A model generated the notes under the pieces. It made no database searches. It saw only the letters and a list, made by a program, of their open reading frames with translations, and was not told the DNA's origin. From IMG/VR virus record IMGVR_UViG_3300046779_001940, positions 1-49,055 of that record: a stretch of 49,055 bases of DNA; one strand, 5' to 3'. Below, in pieces: positions 39,024 to 46,614 of the stretch. Each line of letters starts with the position of its first letter. The first letter of the stretch is position 1. Source of the stretch: a virus (Duplodnaviria; Caudoviricetes). The translations under genes and the position numbers were made by a program.

Positions 39024-41222
39024 TTATCTCATGTTTTTGAAAGGATTTCTTGGCTTTCTCAACGCTGTAGATGAAGAACTTTCGTTACCCATATGGCGGA
39101 AAGGACTCACTCTTAATTTAGCATTTTTATTTGATTTATCCAAATTACCTTCTTCACGTTCAACACGTTTTGAATAGCCTCTATTTGACTCCTGAACTTT
39201 TGCAAATGCTACTAGAGCACAGAACGCAACAAGTCTATCCACGTTAAGTCCTTCTCTGTATGCTGCCATCTCTTTAAGTAGCATGATATCAGGAATTCTT
39301 TCAATACCAAATGTTGTTTTTACAATTGTACCATCTGTCATTGTTTCTGTATCAAGTTCTTCCTCAAGAAATTGTATTGCATATGATATCAAATTAGTCT
39401 TGAAAAGAGTACCAACGTTTCTCCAACCATATTCTTGGTAAACGTTTGTATTACTAGACAGTTCTTTGAGAAACAAGATTTGACTTTTGGGTACAAGATA
39501 CTTTTGTTTTCTTCTGGAAATCATGTATTGAATAAACAATGAAATGTTATTCTCAACAATTGTCCAAGCATTGTACCATTCTATGATCATTTCAAGACGC
39601 TCGTGTGTTTTGTTTAAATCATCAAAACGTCCACACCATGCTGCAACAATTTTATCTCTTTCAATATGCTGTTCTATTGATCCATCTGCCTTATGTTTTG
39701 TGACTTCCTGTGCAGTTTTGTAAACAAATATGGAACACAATGAATCTGATGTTGTTGTTTTACCTTCAGAAACAGGGTCAATTGATGCGTAATACATTCC
39801 AAATTGTGGATCTTTTACAGGTCTTTCATAAACAACAATTACTCCTTCTTTATCAACTGTCTTAGGTGATATAGGAAATTCAGATATTGGAAGTTTACGT
39901 GACTCTTTTGCTATAATTTTACCAGACTCATCTCTATGCAAATCGACAAATTCTCTGTAATATTCACCATCTTCAATACGTCTTACTTGTTTTGTAACAA
40001 GATGCAGTGGAAACTTAGATACTTTTCTATATGCAAAAGCTTCTTCAATGTTAATAGGTTTCTGAGAAATACGTAATTGGTAGTCTTCAGGTTTAAGATT
40101 TTTCTTCCAATCAAGACGTTCTTCATGAATCATCTCTAAAGCCTTCTCTACCAATGAGTTACCATATTCATCAATGCAAGGAATCATTGACCATTGCTCT
40201 GGAATAAACAATCCACATTTACCAATTTCACCATCAGCATTGATCAAGTTTGTTTCTACTGCAAGAACATCTTTTGCAATGGGATTCATGATCATTTCTT
40301 TCAATGGTTCGCATTGTTCCAAATCACCCACAGATCCTGCAGCAACAAACATACCTGTGTAAGTCATACCTGATTTCATTGCAGGTAGCAAGTACTCTAT
40401 TGTTTCATTCATTTTTGGGGCAATTCCAGCCTCCTCATGGAAGAATAATGTACAAGGTCCCCCTACACCATTCGTAGGGTCTTTTTCAAGCGCTAGGCCA
40501 AAGATTACAGACTTTAAACCAACGTCTCTTTTCTTACCTCCCTGGTTAACTTCAATACGTTGTTCCCAGTTTAAAACCTTATCAGGATTACATGGTCTAT
40601 ACCATGCAGTGTGGGTATTCAAAAAGTTTCTATATTCTTCTAGAAAACGCCATGTTCCTTTCTCGTTAATGTAGTCTTTTAGTGATCCTGCCATTTTACT
40701 AACAGAACCTTCTTCAAAATAGAACATGTTAATCATCTTTCCTGCATGGAAATATGAAGATGCAATCTGACGTTTTTTAAGAATAGCAGCGTGTTTAGAA
40801 GAATGCTTTGCAATCTCCTCATACAAAGCCATGTGATACTGAGCATCACGCACATCAGGGAATGTAAATCTTGCAACCTCTTTGTTATAGATAGGTAAAA
40901 AGTTTACCCACATGTAGTAATCTCTTGTCAAAAACCACGTCTTTTTGCCATTCTTATAAATAGCACCTTTTCTACATTTGATTTTTTGATCATCCCAATA
41001 AGCTACATAATCCTTTGATCTAAAAGGAGCTACACAAAAAACTTTAGATTTATTGAAAGCTCTGGCCTCTTTGTTAAAAATCAAAGAAGTCTCATCAAAT
41101 TCATACTTGCCTGGCTCTTTAAACACAGACCAAAGAAATTCTACGTACTCTTCTTTTGTTTCAAAGCTAGTAGTAGACCATTCTTTTGTTACTGCATCAT
41201 ATGTAGGTACTTCTAAATACAT
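39024..41222 (-). CDS. terL: Terminase large subunit
   Basis: Walker A variant LKKRQIASSY, Walker B FFHEEAG, RNase H-like nuclease motifs YASIDPV, IVENN and NVDRLVA. Confidence 0.92.
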   Translation of the reverse strand: MYLEVPTYDAVTKEWSTTSFETKEEYVEFLWSVFKEPGKYEFDETSLIFNKEARAFNKSKVFCVAPFRSKDYVAYWDDQKIKCRKGAIYKNGKKTWFLTRDYYMWVNFLPIYNKEVARFTFPDVRDAQYHMALYEEIAKHSSKHAAILKKRQIASSYFHAGKMINMFYFEEGSVSKMAGSLKDYINEKGTWRFLEEYRNFLNTHTAWYRPCNPDKVLNWEQRIEVNQGGKKRDVGLKSVIFGLALEKDPTNGVGGPCTLFFHEEAGIAPKMNETIEYLLPAMKSGMTYTGMFVAAGSVGDLEQCEPLKEMIMNPIAKDVLAVETNLINADGEIGKCGLFIPEQWSMIPCIDEYGNSLVEKALEMIHEERLDWKKNLKPEDYQLRISQKPINIEEAFAYRKVSKFPLHLVTKQVRRIEDGEYYREFVDLHRDESGKIIAKESRKLPISEFPISPKTVDKEGVIVVYERPVKDPQFGMYYASIDPVSEGKTTTSDSLCSIFVYKTAQEVTKHKADGSIEQHIERDKIVAAWCGRFDDLNKTHERLEMIIEWYNAWTIVENNISLFIQYMISRRKQKYLVPKSQILFLKELSSNTNVYQEYGWRNVGTLFKTNLISYAIQFLEEELDTETMTDGTIVKTTFGIERIPDIMLLKEMAAYREGLNVDRLVAFCALVAFAKVQESNRGYSKRVEREEGNLDKSNKNAKLRVSPFRHMGNESSSSTALRKPRNPFKNMR

Positions 41223-41224
41223 GT

Positions 41225-41446
41225 TTATTCTTTAGGGTCATCAACCATTACTGTTACTGAACGAGCATCTGCATAGTTCCAAATTACAAGATTCACAACA
41301 TAAGTGTCTTCTCCAAGAGAAATCCATTCTCCTTTTCTAGGGACATTGTTCATCAATCTTGTTATAATAAAACCATCAGAAACGTGAACAACATTTACTA
41401 CGTTGTTAAACACCTCTCTACTTTTCAACTCTTCGTGTAAGCTCAT
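41225..41446 (-). CDS. Hypothetical protein (73 aa)
   Basis: Clean ORF abutting terL; VPRKGEWI...YVVNLVIW small beta domain. Confidence 0.55.
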   Translation of the reverse strand: MSLHEELKSREVFNNVVNVVHVSDGFIITRLMNNVPRKGEWISLGEDTYVVNLVIWNYADARSVTVMVDDPKE

Positions 41447-41639
41447 CTAGTTTTTCTTTTTCACCACCAGTTTTGTTGATGATTTCTTTTATAATATCAA
41501 TGTCTTTTGATCTTAAAATTGCATATTTAGGTTCTTTACCATTCCAATACGCATTGTAGTCTTCTCTGTGAAAACCATTCCATACTTCTGTATGAGGGTT
41601 GTAGTGAAACAACCAATTATATAATTCGCTCTTTTTCAT
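41418..41639 (-). CDS. Hypothetical protein (73 aa; MKKSELYNWLFHYNPH...)
   Basis: Real start probably the ATG at 41639. The longer called ORF overlaps 41650-42165 in another frame. Confidence 0.6.
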   Translation of the reverse strand: MKKSELYNWLFHYNPHTEVWNGFHREDYNAYWNGKEPKYAILRSKDIDIIKEIINKTGGEKEKLDELTRRVEK

Positions 41640-41649
41640 TTGTAGTTGT

Positions 41650-42165
41650 TTAGCTCTGGTCATACGCAAGGTGTTGGCCTCCTCTAACTTGGCTCTTCTG
41701 CTCTTCCATAAGATCTTTGTACGCCCCTTTGAACGATATACGTATTTGCTCAAACTTTGCCGCAGCATTAACCAGAGAATTAATGTTACCATCCCTACCG
41801 TGCTCAATTGTAGTCGTTTCCATATATTTTGCCAAGCGGTCAAGCATGTGTTTGATACCCATAAACGCCCTGTATGTAGGGGTTTCATAAAGTTTTTTAC
41901 ATAACTCAAGAGCTGCCAAAATTGCGTCATCTTCAGTAGAAAAGTCAACGTTAAGTTGCGAAATAATAAGTTCTTCTTTTTCATTTTCTGGTGTATCAAA
42001 AAAGGGGTTCATGTCAGGATTAGGACATGTCATATAAAAGAGATACATGTAAACATTCATGTAGTTCTCAGGATACTCATCCATAATCCTTTTTAAAAAA
42101 TTTAGTGTATAGCAATGCTCTGTAGGAACCACAACACCATTCTGTAAATCAAAAATCTTTACCAT
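41650..42165 (-). CDS. Conserved helical protein upstream of terL (candidate terminase small subunit)
   Basis: 171 aa with YLFYMTCP...NPF and a C-terminal coiled coil ending in VRGG. The functional call rests on position only. Confidence 0.45.
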   Translation of the reverse strand: MVKIFDLQNGVVVPTEHCYTLNFLKRIMDEYPENYMNVYMYLFYMTCPNPDMNPFFDTPENEKEELIISQLNVDFSTEDDAILAALELCKKLYETPTYRAFMGIKHMLDRLAKYMETTTIEHGRDGNINSLVNAAAKFEQIRISFKGAYKDLMEEQKSQVRGGQHLAYDQS

Positions 42166-43010
42166 TAGTTCTTCTTTTTAAAAAATTTAGAAGGGTTGTC
42201 TTTGTAAAATGTCATAATAGCAAGAACTTCATCTTTTAAATATGGCATCTCATAAGGAATAATTTCCTTAATAATAGGTTCACCTTCTTCGTTTAGTTTA
42301 GAGATTGGATATCCAAACTCATCTTTTTCTTCTTCTTCTTCAAACATGATATGATGAATCACAAGCTTTCCTGGTTTTAACTGAGGATTATGCTTTAATA
42401 TCATGTACATGTAAATTGACAACTGCAGATTGTAATGATTTAAGTTACAGTCATCTAAGTGAGAAACAGGAGCATTCATCTTCTGAGAAACTCCTTCCCA
42501 ATTTTTGAAAGATTCTGTTTTAATTTCTTTATTTGTTTTGTAGTCTGTAATGTGAACATGCCCGTCAGCTACCTCTACAAGGTCACTTTGTCCACAAATA
42601 CCAGCAGATCTTAAATAGACCATGTGTTCTGGATAGATACCATCCATAAGTTTTTGAGAAGGTGCTACTTTAAGACCATTCTCATCATGCATTGGTCTAA
42701 TTACAGGTAGTGTTTTATCATAGCGAACTATTGTTTCACAGTTTGTAATGTCTTGTTCTCTTTGGTCGTGATACCAGTTTCCTAATGTACACGCTCTATC
42801 AGACTCTTTTTTCCAAACATTTTGTATTTCATCAACACTCATACCGTACCACTTACTTCTTTTGTTTGTGGCAGACTTTTTGGCAATATTGTTTGAGTCA
42901 AAAGGTTGTTTTAAACCACCAATTAAAGTGGTTACACTAATCCATTTTGTATTGTCAGCAGGGTCTACTGATGTATAACTGTGTGTTTTTGGTTCAAATA
43001 CTAAACTCAT
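42165..43010 (-). CDS. PD-(D/E)XK nuclease
   Basis: SVTT, GNWYH, ICGQSDLV...ITDYKTNK and YNLQLSIY motifs. Confidence 0.85.
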   Translation of the reverse strand: MSLVFEPKTHSYTSVDPADNTKWISVTTLIGGLKQPFDSNNIAKKSATNKRSKWYGMSVDEIQNVWKKESDRACTLGNWYHDQREQDITNCETIVRYDKTLPVIRPMHDENGLKVAPSQKLMDGIYPEHMVYLRSAGICGQSDLVEVADGHVHITDYKTNKEIKTESFKNWEGVSQKMNAPVSHLDDCNLNHYNLQLSIYMYMILKHNPQLKPGKLVIHHIMFEEEEEKDEFGYPISKLNEEGEPIIKEIIPYEMPYLKDEVLAIMTFYKDNPSKFFKKKN

Positions 43011-43015
43011 AGCTC

Positions 43016-43330
43016 TTATTTTTGGTTTATACTAGCTCTAATCAAATCTTCTTCTTCCTGAGTAGTCACTGCTTTCCAATAACCTTTAGGACAGTCTGAA
43101 GCTAATGATCTGGTTTTCAGCTTTAAAGAACATCCACATTCTGAACAACAAGGTTGTGTCTTAGGAACAGCACACTTATCACCCTTGAGATCTATGAGAG
43201 GGCATTTTATGCATATCTCATTTCTGTAGTATGCAATCTCCTCAATGTGTTCTTTTTTGAACATGTTATTTCTGACTCCCTCAAAAATTTTACCACGTTC
43301 TTTCCAAATTTTAATTGCGTTATTCAACAT
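43016..43330 (-). CDS. Zn-finger protein
   Basis: CIKC...C...CCSECGC...KTRS...CPKGYW. Confidence 0.7.
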   Translation of the reverse strand: MLNNAIKIWKERGKIFEGVRNNMFKKEHIEEIAYYRNEICIKCPLIDLKGDKCAVPKTQPCCSECGCSLKLKTRSLASDCPKGYWKAVTTQEEEDLIRASINQK

Positions 43331-43703
43331 TGTCTAGATATTTTTCTTTTAGTTTTTCTACTGTTTTCTTTCTGTCTGCCTCTTGATCCATTACAGAGAG
43401 TATTCTCTCGTATTTTTCAACGTCAGCTTTCACATCCACACTGGTTTCATACATTCTAATTGATTCAGACGCATCAATTCTATTTAAGAATGAATTGTAC
43501 TTTTCCAGTTTCTTTTCTACACGCTGCCTTTTAAGCACAAAAGTTCCCATATTGGGAACATTCACAGAACAGTGCTCCATAGAACTTAGCTTTTTTTGAA
43601 CTGTTCTATAAAAAAAAGCAACTACATCATCCACCATTAGATGATCTAGCCCCAAAGATTCAGCTGTTATCTTTGATATTTCCTTACGCTTTGTTGGATT
43701 CAA
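43320..43703 (-). CDS. HU/IHF-like DNA-binding protein
   Basis: ITAESLGL...VDDVVAFF...SVNVPNMGTFVLK matches the HU fold. Confidence 0.7.
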   Translation of the reverse strand: MNPTKRKEISKITAESLGLDHLMVDDVVAFFYRTVQKKLSSMEHCSVNVPNMGTFVLKRQRVEKKLEKYNSFLNRIDASESIRMYETSVDVKADVEKYERILSVMDQEADRKKTVEKLKEKYLDNVE

Positions 43704-44079
43704 CGGCTAAGATGTTATAGTCTAACAATACGTTTCCTTTACCATAAATGTTAAGAGACTTACTAATTTGTATTTGTCTCTTGCCATTGTTAATTTTCTG
43801 TACAATTCCACGTTTTTCAAGCTTAGCCATTCTATTACGTACATTTTGTGCACGTACAGAAAACTCTTCCATTTCAATGTTTTTGTACAGTTTCTTAGCT
43901 GCAGCATTACAGAATTTACCTAGTTCAATAGGTCCCCATAATGCAAGTAAAGTCAATAGCTCAATATCAGAAGGAATCAAATGTTCTTTTTGAAAGAATA
44001 TTAATTCTGTAATAATCTGATATTTCACCAAGTCGTAAGAGCTAACTCTAATCTTTTTTTGAACTCTGTTTACTTCCAT
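43684..44079 (-). CDS. Winged helix-turn-helix protein
   Basis: SDIELLTLL...AQNVRNRMAKLEKRGIVQK pattern. Confidence 0.6.
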   Translation of the reverse strand: MEVNRVQKKIRVSSYDLVKYQIITELIFFQKEHLIPSDIELLTLLALWGPIELGKFCNAAAKKLYKNIEMEEFSVRAQNVRNRMAKLEKRGIVQKINNGKRQIQISKSLNIYGKGNVLLDYNILAVESNKA

Positions 44080-44101
44080 GGTTTTTAATGTTTATTAATT
44101 T

Positions 44102-44224
44102 TGGTACCATTCACTCAGGAGTTTCACCTGAACTTCCAATCACAATACACCTTTGCGAGATGCCTGTGAGCTGTTCCACCTAACAGCATTTGTCGTGCTT
44201 TTTTTACGCTTACACTAGTGTGGT
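44102..44224 (-). ncRNA. tRNA-like RNA with encoded CCA and the anticodon loop replaced by two hairpins
   Basis: ACCACAC-TA-GTGT(loop)GCAC ... TCAGG-TGAAACT-CCTGA-GTG(AA)TGGT-A-CCA, 31 nt downstream of tRNA-Met. Confidence 0.6.
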
Positions 44225-44255
44225 ACTGGCGACATATGCAAAATGCATTTCTTTG

Positions 44256-44330
44256 TTGCGGGGGTGAGACTCGAACTCACGTGGTTTGGCTTATGAGACC
44301 AAGCTGGAACCTCCTCCAGTCTACCCCGCA
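44256..44330 (-). tRNA. tRNA-Met (CAT)
   Basis: Acceptor TGCGGGG/CCCCGCA, anticodon arm TTGGT-CTCATAA-GCCAA, T arm GTGAG-TTCGAGT-CTCAC. Atypical D arm; CCA not encoded. Confidence 0.85.
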
Positions 44331-44336
44331 TTACCT

Positions 44337-44594
44337 TTAATCCAGAATATTCTGAATCTTTGAAATGGTCTTCTGAGTGCTATTAAGAATTTTCTTAGTG
44401 CGTTCAGATTCTAACATCAAATTATTAATTTGATTATTGACCATGTCAATGTGTTTTTCCTGTTCTTCTTCCAAAGATTGTAAACTGTGTAATGTAGTTA
44501 CAAATCCAGAAAGAATTGCGTCTTTTCTCTCCTGAAACATTGTAGAAGATGCAGATGACGTGCCTGATAACTTGTTAATGATGGTTTTTAACAT
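44337..44594 (-). CDS. Small coiled-coil protein (85 aa)
   Basis: Clean ORF with a heptad pattern between GroES and tRNA-Met. Confidence 0.6.
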   Translation of the reverse strand: MLKTIINKLSGTSSASSTMFQERKDAILSGFVTTLHSLQSLEEEQEKHIDMVNNQINNLMLESERTKKILNSTQKTISKIQNILD

Positions 44595-44612
44595 AGCTTT
44601 AGTTTTTAAGGT

Positions 44613-44900
44613 TTACCATACGATTGCAATGTCTCGCTCTGCAATCATCAATTTAAGATCGTCTTCTATTGAAACAACACCTGCATTCTGTAAAGAGTAT
44701 GTTTCTACAAACACTTTATCTCCAGGTTCAACAATAGTAACTTCGTCCCCAACAGCAAATACTTCTAATGCTGTCCATTTTGCCATCATCTCTGCTTCCA
44801 TTGCTGCTTCAGCTGCAGGATCAAGCATGATTTTAGATTCTGGCTTTTGAGGTTTAGTAAGCAACACTCTGGTTCCTACCAATTTTTTGAATTGTGTCAT
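44613..44900 (-). CDS. groES: GroES/Cpn10-like co-chaperonin
   Basis: KLVGTRVLL...EVFAVGDEVTIVEPGDKVFV...LMIAERDIAIVW matches Cpn10. Confidence 0.8.
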   Translation of the reverse strand: MTQFKKLVGTRVLLTKPQKPESKIMLDPAAEAAMEAEMMAKWTALEVFAVGDEVTIVEPGDKVFVETYSLQNAGVVSIEDDLKLMIAERDIAIVW

Positions 44901-44927
44901 TGTTTATTTATTTGGTTATTAAAATTG

Positions 44928-45000
44928 AGCCTTCTGTAGGAGTCGAACCCACAACCTGCTGAGTACAAATCAGCTGCTCTACCAGTTGAGCTAAGAAGGC
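44928..45000 (-). tRNA. tRNA-Thr (TGT)
   Basis: GCCTTCT-TAGCTCAACTGGTAGAGCA-GCTGA-TTTGTAC-TCAGC-AGGTT-GTGGG-TTCGACT-CCTAC-AGAAGGC-T, a canonical cloverleaf. Confidence 0.95.
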
Positions 45001-45007
45001 TTGTTTG

Positions 45008-45081
<74 letters not shown>

Positions 45082-45090
45082 TCATTGTAA

Positions 45091-45392
45091 TTGATTTGAA
45101 ATTCTAGTGGGGTTCCTGACTACCCACAAGTCCAACGCATGCCCCTTTTCACCCATAGTCCAAGTAAATGATCAGTTTACTTGTTAATGACTAGCTGGAT
45201 TGACTACCAGCACCTGCTGCGGAGATCAGTTATGTATATCTTCACAGGACCTCAGAGCTTATTGGTTACGCTACCTTTAAGATGAGTGGTTTTAACTCAC
45301 ATGCCTGACAACGTGCTTCCCAGTTCTTTTCAGAACGGTGACACTACTTTGACCCCTCTCAAGAGTCTATTCAGTCACAGAATACAAATCAA
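45091..45392 (-). ncRNA. Large (~300 nt) multi-stem structured RNA of unknown class
   Basis: No long ORF, GC-richer than the flanks, closed by the stem TTGATTTGTATTCT/AGAATTTCAAATCAA, with at least seven internal hairpins. Strand inferred from the adjacent tRNAs and G-U/GNRA patterns. Confidence 0.7.
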
Positions 45393-45441
45393 ATGTCAAA
45401 GAACGATTCAAGTTTAGTTTAAACTTGTAACGTTTGGTTTT

Positions 45442-45669
45442 TTACTCTGAAGTCTCAGCTCCACCTGGTCCGTCAGTATTTTTGTTTTCAGCATTATCAG
45501 GCGTTGTCATGTTTGCAATCATGATTGTAGCTTGAATACGCTTAGCTTCTTCAGTTACAGCCTTTGCTTGTAACTCTGCCAGCTGAGCACGTAATGAGGC
45601 TAGTTCAATCTGGCTTTTATACCAGGCAATAACCTCATCTCTTGTTGGTTCTTTTTCTTGTTCTGCCAT
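45442..45669 (-). CDS. Small coiled-coil protein (75 aa)
   Basis: First gene after the leftward promoter; heptads IELASLRAQLAELQA. Confidence 0.65.
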   Translation of the reverse strand: MAEQEKEPTRDEVIAWYKSQIELASLRAQLAELQAKAVTEEAKRIQATIMIANMTTPDNAENKNTDGPGGAETSE

Positions 45670-45711
45670 TATGTTAAGTTTTTTGTTAGAGTTTCATATG
45701 AAACCTCACTA

Positions 45712-45743
45712 CAAATATACTTTAAAAGTTTAAATTCTGCAAA
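45712..45743 (-). promoter_or_regulatory. Bacteroidota-type promoter (-33 TTTG, -7 TATATTTG)
   Basis: TTTG (45743-45740), a 20-nt spacer and TATATTTG (45719-45712): an exact match to TTTG-N19-21-TAnnTTTG. Confidence 0.75.
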
Positions 45744-45751
45744 TTTTTATT

Positions 45752-45759
45752 TACATTTG
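45752..45759 (+). promoter_or_regulatory. Bacteroidota-type -7 element of the divergent rightward promoter
   Basis: TACATTTG 26 nt upstream of the ATG at 45786. Confidence 0.6.
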
Positions 45760-45785
45760 TAAAGTTTAAATCTTATTTTGTTAAA

Positions 45786-46202
45786 ATGGAAGGCATGACC
45801 CTTATCACTACCCACCCTATTAAAAAGTCAGATCTTGGCTTTCATGGTAATCTTTTTGGAGGCAAACTTTTAGCATGGATGGATGCTGCTGCAGCTGGAT
45901 TTGCTATGGAAGTTTGTGATACACCACGCATGGTAACTCTTCTAATAGATAAGTGTGTGTTTAAAAAGTCAGCAAAAGAGGGACAACTGATTAAGATTTA
46001 CGGAAAGGTCATGCATGTAGGTACAACTTCCATTACACTGTACATGGAAGCTCGCGCTCATAACGTGTATAGTGGTACTCAAACTGTAGTTTTACATACA
46101 AACATGCGCTTTGTCAGAATAGATGAAGCAGGTGATCCTTTACCAATAGGAGAAAGAACACGTAAATTATATTCCAATGGAGAAAGCAATATTCAAGTTT
46201 AA
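45786..46202 (+). CDS. Acyl-CoA thioesterase (hotdog fold, YciA-like)
   Basis: DLGFHGNLFGGKLLAWMDAAA signature, VGTTSI and FVRIDEAGDPLPI. Confidence 0.88.
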   Translation: MEGMTLITTHPIKKSDLGFHGNLFGGKLLAWMDAAAAGFAMEVCDTPRMVTLLIDKCVFKKSAKEGQLIKIYGKVMHVGTTSITLYMEARAHNVYSGTQTVVLHTNMRFVRIDEAGDPLPIGERTRKLYSNGESNIQV

Positions 46203-46614
46203 CGGAGGATTAGGAGCATTGTTGTGCTCAAAATGTAGAACCATTATTAAAACAGGTTCTCAAATGACAGACCAAGAAAAGAATGCTATGAAAGGTCTTG
46301 AGTTATTACCTCCAGCGTTCTGTTCTAAATGCGCAACAGGAGTGCACTATGTTTTAACTCGTGTAGAAGATGGACTAATGTTTAATTCATGTTCTGTAAA
46401 ATGGGTTAAGTGGAAAGAAGATGGACGTTTTGAAAAACTATATGCACGTCCTAAAATAGGGTTTTCATGCATTGTTGATCCAGAGTACGGTTCTCAATAT
46501 ACATGGCTCACAACAACAATAGAGAGCATGACCAAAATATCTGCAAATGAATTGCAGTTTAAAACTAAAAACTCAACCTATATGCTAAACAAAATTAAAA
46601 ATGGAAAATCTTAA
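46177..46614 (+). CDS. Hypothetical protein with an N-terminal Zn ribbon
   Basis: KFNGGLGALLCSKC...FCSKC and a C-terminal WLTTTI...FKTKNSTYML domain. Confidence 0.65.
   Translation: MEKAIFKFNGGLGALLCSKCRTIIKTGSQMTDQEKNAMKGLELLPPAFCSKCATGVHYVLTRVEDGLMFNSCSVKWVKWKEDGRFEKLYARPKIGFSCIVDPEYGSQYTWLTTTIESMTKISANELQFKTKNSTYMLNKIKNGKS

Noticed and set aside
39024-41222. Intein or intron in terminase, portal or MCP
   Set aside because: No C...HN intein ends, LAGLIDADG/HNH motifs or frame breaks; lengths fit crAss-type proteins.
41640-41999. N-terminal extension of the called 193-aa ORF
   Set aside because: It overlaps the conserved 41650-42165 gene out of frame; the ATG at 41639 gives a compact, plausible gene.
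1943-44850. Numerous 60-200-aa plus-strand and alternate-frame ORFs overlapping the long minus-strand genes (e.g. 35514-36044, 35570-36160, 11337-11687)
   Set aside because: They are antisense or frame shadows of real genes, with Ser/Phe/Leu-rich compositions, no motifs and no leaders.
44225-45007. Theta (HDV-like) ribozymes at tRNA 3' ends, reported in gut phages
   Set aside because: The sequences immediately downstream of the three tRNAs are short AT-rich spacers with no nested double pseudoknot that I can build.
45091-45392. tmRNA, RNase P RNA or group I intron identity for the large structured region
   Set aside because: No GGGG...TCCACCA tRNA-like ends or tag ORF, no GAGGAAAGTCC / AGAACCCGGCTTA motifs, and no interrupted host gene.
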